Source: Cladosporium halotolerans (lineage: Eukaryota). From it: a stretch of 64,000 nucleotides of DNA. The notes under the pieces were generated by a model. The model saw only the letters and a list, made by a program, of their open reading frames with translations, had not been told where the DNA came from and made no database searches. The translations under genes were made by a program, and so were the position numbers. How positions within the stretch are numbered: position 1 is the first letter of the stretch; the number at the start of each line of letters is the position of its first letter. The DNA lies in NCBI RefSeq assembly GCF_011745625.1, contig NW_027191452.1:992001-1056000 (forward strand). The letters are read 5' to 3'. Positions 59,371 through 64,000 of the stretch are shown here, one piece after another.

Positions 59371-59926
59371 TCAAGCCAGCTTGGGGCCAGCCTCATCCAA
59401 CCCTTCGAGTCCTTGCATGGGATTAGCGGCCTTCGCGTCCTCCTCGACGACCATCCTGTCTTCCTCGCTGACGTTATGTTTCGCCGCGTAGCCCTCCTGT
59501 GAACGAAGGTCAGTAGGGCAATTCGTTGCCACAAGACGGTAGTCGAAGACATACCTGCTCCCAGATCGCCGTCTTACTACCAAGCTTCTCACTCGCTTGC
59601 TTTTGCGGTTTTGCTTTGTTGACTTTGATCACACGGCCGTACAACTCAGCTTGGTCCATGTTGTCGATGGCTTCTTGCGCGTCTTCGGGCAGCGAAAATT
59701 CGACATAGCCAAAGCCTCTGTGAGGATCTCGCGAGGACTTCCTGTACTGTTGTCAGCTTGTAAATAGGCTTGAAAACGATAATCAAGCGTACAATTCTGG
59801 TTTCGGTAAAGAAACGTCTGCAATCTCGCCAAAGGGAAGAAAGGCATCGTGTAAGGTCTCTGCTGTGACCTGTTGGTCAAGGCCGCCAACAAAGACGGTC
59901 GCTCGATCGCGTGATTGTTCTGACAT
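59371..59926 (-). CDS. Single-RRM protein similar to the RRM of cyclophilin E (PPIE/Cyp33), without a cyclophilin domain (introns 59792-59742, 59554-59497)
   Basis: RNP2 [17 protein letters not shown]1 [31 protein letters not shown]. Confidence 0.88.
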
Positions 59927-60300
59927 GTCTCTGAGTATGTCGTGGGTCGTGATTGGGCTCTTGAATGTCTACACAGTACTAGGCGCAAAAAGTGGAATCC
60001 GATATCACGTGTCAAGGACCCCTCCTTCCAGCTCCCAGGTTGCGCGCGCTGCTGCCAAGAGCGACGTCGAAGTTACTACGTAGCTTTGGGGAAAGGGACG
60101 ACTCCGGCTCAGACAGGAGGCAGGAGGCTGTACCGGCTTTACAACGTCACCATCGACTGATTACTTTTCTCCTTCCTGCCTCGATCTAAGTCCTCGCCTA
60201 ATCTTCGTTTACTCTTGGTCTACCCTCCCTCTCTGCATGTCCTCGCCTTGAACGGCACTTTCCTCTTCCGACCCATCTCCCAAACAACAGCCTGACGACC

Positions 60301-63300
60301 ATGGTCCGCTTAAGGGAGATTTCGCGGACGGCGGTCTTCGCCTGGTCGCCCGGCAGCGGTGCCCCATTGATTGTCACTGGCACTCGTACCGGTGCCCTGA
60401 GCGACGACTTCTCCAGTGAAACGAAGCTCGAGCTGTGGGATCTGGGCCTCGACCGTCTCGACGCCGATGCCGAGCTCACGCCTGTAGGCAGCCTGACCAC
60501 CGACGCCGGTTTCAACGATATCGCCTGGAGCGAGCCGACCGACGAATACCCGTTGGGTGCCATTGCTGGCGCTCTTGAGAATGGCTCCGTTGACGTATGG
60601 GACGCCGAGAAGCTGCGGTCAGGCAGCGGCGAGGCGTTGATCTCGCGGACCAGCAAGCACAGCGGCGCGGTTAAGGCGCTGCAATGGAACTCCTACCGAC
60701 ACAACCTCCTCGCATCTGCGGGCGCTAAGGGCGAGATCTTCATTTACGACCTGAACAACATGGCCAACCCGTTTAGGCTGGGCGGCACGGCTGCGAGGGC
60801 GGACGACATCGAGTGTTTGGACTGGAACAAGCAAGAAAAGACCGCGCACATTCTGGCTACTGGCAGCAGCGGAGGCTTTGTCACAGTATGGGACGTGAAG
60901 CAGAAGAAGGATATCTTGACCTTGAACAACCAAGGTCGCAAAGCGGTGAGCGCAGTCGCTTGGGATCCCGAAGAATCGACCAAGCTTGCTACTGCGACAC
61001 CCAGCGACCAAGAACCTTTGATTTACCTCTGGAGCCTGCGTAACAGCAGTGCACCGGAGAGGACGCTGCAAGGCCACGAGCTGGGTGTGCTCGGACTGAA
61101 CTGGTGCCGACAAGATCCGGAGCTTCTGCTTTCCTGCGGCAAGGACAACAGGACAATCTGCTGGAACTCGAGGACCGGCGAGAAGTACGGAGACTTTGCA
61201 GCAGGCTCGAACTGGGCGTTTGAAACTCGATGGAACCCGCACAACCCCAGCATCGTCGCGAGCGCGTCTTTCGACGGCAAGATTCTCATTGCTTCAATCC
61301 AGAGCACCAACTCGAAGCCAGAGGACCAGGCTGCTGCGAACCAGGCGCTCGACGACTCAGACTTCTTTGCAAAGGCTCAAACACAGCCGCAGGGTATCAC
61401 TTTCTCAATTCCAAAAGCGCCAAAGTGGACCGCAAGGCCCAGCAGTGTGTGTTTCGGCTTTGGCGGCAAGCTTGTGAAGCTCAGCACCGATGCGTCGAGG
61501 AAGAGCAAGGTCAGCATTGAGACATTTGCTGTGGAGTCGGGCATTGGCGACAGCACAACCAAGTTTGAGGAGAAGTTGTTGTCGGGCGACTTGAATGGCA
61601 TCTGCGAGTCGAAGATACAGGATGCGAAGACGGATGAGGAGAAGGCCGACTGGCAGGTGATTGAGACTCTCAACACTGGAAAGTCACGCAAGAAGCTGCG
61701 CGAGTACCTGGGCTTTGCTGACGAGACCGATGACGCGCTTGCAAAAGAGACTGAGAAGCTCGCCGTCAACGGTGATGCTGACAAGCCGACCACTAATGGC
61801 GACAAGGACGACGATGACTTCTTTGGAAGCGCCGGTGACAGTGATAACTTCCTCTCCGATCTCGCAGCCACCAAGGGCACAAAAACCAACAACCCCTTCT
61901 CTATTCACACCGGCGAAGAGTCTGAAGCTGACAAGGGCATTACTCAAGCACTCATGCTAGGCAAATTCGAGGCTGCTCTTGACATTTGCTTGAAGGAGGA
62001 CCGCATGTCAGACGCCTTCATGATCGCCGTGTGTGGAGGTCAGAGCTGCATTGACAAGGCTCAAACCGCATACCTCAAGAAGCAGTCCAAAGGCCCGAAC
62101 TACCTTCGTCTTCTGGCCAGCATTGTTGGCAAGAATCTGTGGGACGTTGTGCACAACGCAGATCTCAAGGACTGGAAGGATGTGATGGCGACGCTATGTA
62201 CATACGCCGACAACTCTGAGTTCTCAGACCTTTGCGAAGCCCTTGGTGATCGCCTCGAGGAGGCCTACCAGCGTGATGACAGCGTCAAGGCCTTCCGCCG
62301 CGACGCTTCGTTCTGTTACCTGGCTGGCTCTAAGCTCGAGAAGGTTGTCATCAACTGGGTGCAAGAATTGCAGGAGCATGAGAAGTCTGCGCTTGAGGCT
62401 TCTGAGAGCGAGAATGACTTTGCTGTTCACGCAAAGGCCCTCCAGGAGTTCGTCGAGAAGGTGTCTGTCTTCAGACAGGTCACCAACTTCGAGGACGCAG
62501 ACAAGTCAGCCACTGCCGACTGGAAGCTTGCACCCTTGTACAGGCTGTATGTCGAGTATGCTGATATCCTTGCCGCTCATGGGCAACTGGTCAGTGCAGA
62601 GCGTTACATCAGCCTCCTTCCCGCACAATTCGAGGGCGCTGAGAGCGCGCAGACTCGTCTGAAGCAAGCAACACGCAAGGCGACCGCCAATGCAAGGCAG
62701 CCTGCGGCGACAACTCAGCGCGCAGGCGCACGTCCGGTGTCTGTCGCGCCTCAGTTCCAAGCTGCTGCTCCTCTCATCAACCAGGCCACCAATGCCACTC
62801 CCCTGGGAACAGCATCCCCTTACGCACCTGTAGGTGTCACTCCCGCGGCTCCGGCAGCTCCTGCAGCGCCTGCTCAACGTGGTCCCTATGCACCGGCTGC
62901 AAACAGCTACACTCCCTCAGGCTATCAGCCCCCCAACGCGGCGCCCGGCCCATATGCGCCTTATGGGGGTGGCTATCAGGCTCCCCAACAGCAAGCTCCT
63001 TTGCCGCCGCCACCTCGCGCAGGGACAACCTCGCCATCCGGACCTCCACCATCTGCTGCGAAAAGCATGACCAACTGGAATGACATGCCCGACAACTTCA
63101 TTAAACCCCGTGACCCTACACCTCGCCGTGGTACACCTGCCCAGCAACCCATCGCCTCACCGTTCCCCAATGCTGCGCAGTCAATGATGTCCCCTCCGCC
63201 CCCTGGAGGCCCGCATTTCAACAAGCCCACGCCGCCTCTTCCTCCACCCCCTAAGGCAGGAGAGATGCCGCCCAGGGTGTTGTCTCCACCCGTCCAGCCC

Positions 63301-64000
63301 CCCATTCAAAGGCCGACATCTGCTGCAGCGAATGCTTACGCGCCTCCGCCACCTGCAGCGAACTCCACCTTGCCTACACCCACCGGTCCACCTGTCCAGC
63401 GCGGTGCCTCGCCGTTCCAGCCACCGCCTGCCGTGTCTTCCGCTGCGCCTTCAAACCGTTATGCCCCGGCACCAGGCTCTGCACCCTCTCCGGCCCCTAA
63501 CATGCAAGCTCCTCGCCAGGTTGCACCTAACCCATATGCAGCCCAGGGAGGTCCCAGCCCTTACGCGCCGCAAGGCCAGCCCCAGGCTCCATACGGTCAA
63601 CCGCCCGCTGTTGCGGCACCACCTCCAACCGGTCCGCCTCCGCAGAGGACAGGCCCGCCGCCCCAGGGTCCACCTAGAGCTGCCCAGACGCCGGTTGGGC
63701 CTCCTCCTCAAGGTCCTCCCAGAGGCGGTCCTCCACCCATGGCGCAGGCGCCGCCCCCAGTCCAGCCCACTCCTCCACCTCAGATGGAGCGCGCGACCAC
63801 GCCGGCAGCTAAGACGAAATACCCTCGTGGCGACCGATCTCACATCCCTGCCAACGCTCAGCCTATCGTTGACCTGCTCTCGCCTGAAGTCGCCCGCATC
63901 AAATCCGTGGCCCCGCAGGCGTTCAAGCCCCAAGTCGACGACATGGACAAGCGCATCAACATCTTGTTCGACCACCTCAACAATGAGGAGCTTCTCAAGC
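60301..64000 (+). CDS. SEC31: COPII outer coat protein Sec31 (3' end lies beyond the window)
   Basis: MVRLREISRTAVFAWSP start, WD40 repeats, PKAPKW..FGFGGKLV, helical solenoid, Pro-rich region with WND motif, and KRINILFDHLNN at the window edge. Missing from the ORF track because there is no stop codon in the window. Confidence 0.96.
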   Translation, partial: MVRLREISRTAVFAWSPGSGAPLIVTGTRTGALSDDFSSETKLELWDLGLDRLDADAELTPVGSLTTDAGFNDIAWSEPTDEYPLGAIAGALENGSVDVWDAEKLRSGSGEALISRTSKHSGAVKALQWNSYRHNLLASAGAKGEIFIYDLNNMANPFRLGGTAARADDIECLDWNKQEKTAHILATGSSGGFVTVWDVKQKKDILTLNNQGRKAVSAVAWDPEESTKLATATPSDQEPLIYLWSLRNSSAPERTLQGHELGVLGLNWCRQDPELLLSCGKDNRTICWNSRTGEKYGDFAAGSNWAFETRWNPHNPSIVASASFDGKILIASIQSTNSKPEDQAAANQALDDSDFFAKAQTQPQGITFSIPKAPKWTARPSSVCFGFGGKLVKLSTDASRKSKVSIETFAVESGIGDSTTKFEEKLLSGDLNGICESKIQDAKTDEEKADWQVIETLNTGKSRKKLREYLGFADETDDALAKETEKLAVNGDADKPTTNGDKDDDDFFGSAGDSDNFLSDLAATKGTKTNNPFSIHTGEESEADKGITQALMLGKFEAALDICLKEDRMSDAFMIAVCGGQSCIDKAQTAYLKKQSKGPNYLRLLASIVGKNLWDVVHNADLKDWKDVMATLCTYADNSEFSDLCEALGDRLEEAYQRDDSVKAFRRDASFCYLAGSKLEKVVINWVQELQEHEKSALEASESENDFAVHAKALQEFVEKVSVFRQVTNFEDADKSATADWKLAPLYRLYVEYADILAAHGQLVSAERYISLLPAQFEGAESAQTRLKQATRKATANARQPAATTQRAGARPVSVAPQFQAAAPLINQATNATPLGTASPYAPVGVTPAAPAAPAAPAQRGPYAPAANSYTPSGYQPPNAAPGPYAPYGGGYQAPQQQAPLPPPPRAGTTSPSGPPPSAAKSMTNWNDMPDNFIKPRDPTPRRGTPAQQPIASPFPNAAQSMMSPPPPGGPHFNKPTPPLPPPPKAGEMPPRVLSPPVQPPIQRPTSAAANAYAPPPPAANSTLPTPTGPPVQRGASPFQPPPAVSSAAPSNRYAPAPGSAPSPAPNMQAPRQVAPNPYAAQGGPSPYAPQGQPQAPYGQPPAVAAPPPTGPPPQRTGPPPQGPPRAAQTPVGPPPQGPPRGGPPPMAQAPPPVQPTPPPQMERATTPAAKTKYPRGDRSHIPANAQPIVDLLSPEVARIKSVAPQAFKPQVDDMDKRINILFDHLNNEELLK

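Noticed and set aside
60006..60014. Hac1/UPRE-like ACGTGTC in the SEC31/RRM divergent promoter, and CCACGTGGC at 44307-44315 before the Use1-like gene
   Set aside because: Short motifs that also occur at unrelated places (e.g. about 50857 and 59204), so they cannot be distinguished from chance.

Overview
Gene-dense eukaryotic DNA from a filamentous ascomycete (Pezizomycotina; Dothideomycete-like by inference). It has short ~50-75 nt spliceosomal introns with CTRAC branch points. About 25 protein-coding genes can be reconstructed. Most are housekeeping genes: HUT1, BIM1/EB1, PTR2, an FHA-forkhead factor, SLC35F6-like, REX3, RRD2, USE1-like, SEC28, BRD8-like, a PPIE-type RRM protein, and SEC31 running off the right end. 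Accessory genes include a GPI-type GH13 amylase, an HSL-family esterase, a 1,422-aa secreted hevein-domain protein and a maltose permease. Main observations: (1) an intronless homologue of bacterial HypX/HoxX, the CO-generating [NiFe]-hydrogenase maturase, with catalytic motifs apparently intact and a eukaryotic phosphodegron-like tail, in an organism not expected to have a [NiFe]-hydrogenase; (2) a 'hypothetical' protein carrying a NuSAP-like signature, a KEN box, CDK-site repeats and an upstream forkhead site; (3) a disordered protein with several PP2A-B56 LxxIxE docking motifs; (4) recurrent GC-rich islands where the skew switches from C-rich to G-rich. No rRNA, tRNA, CRISPR array or intact transposon was recognised. 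All family assignments come from motif recognition by eye, not from database searches.
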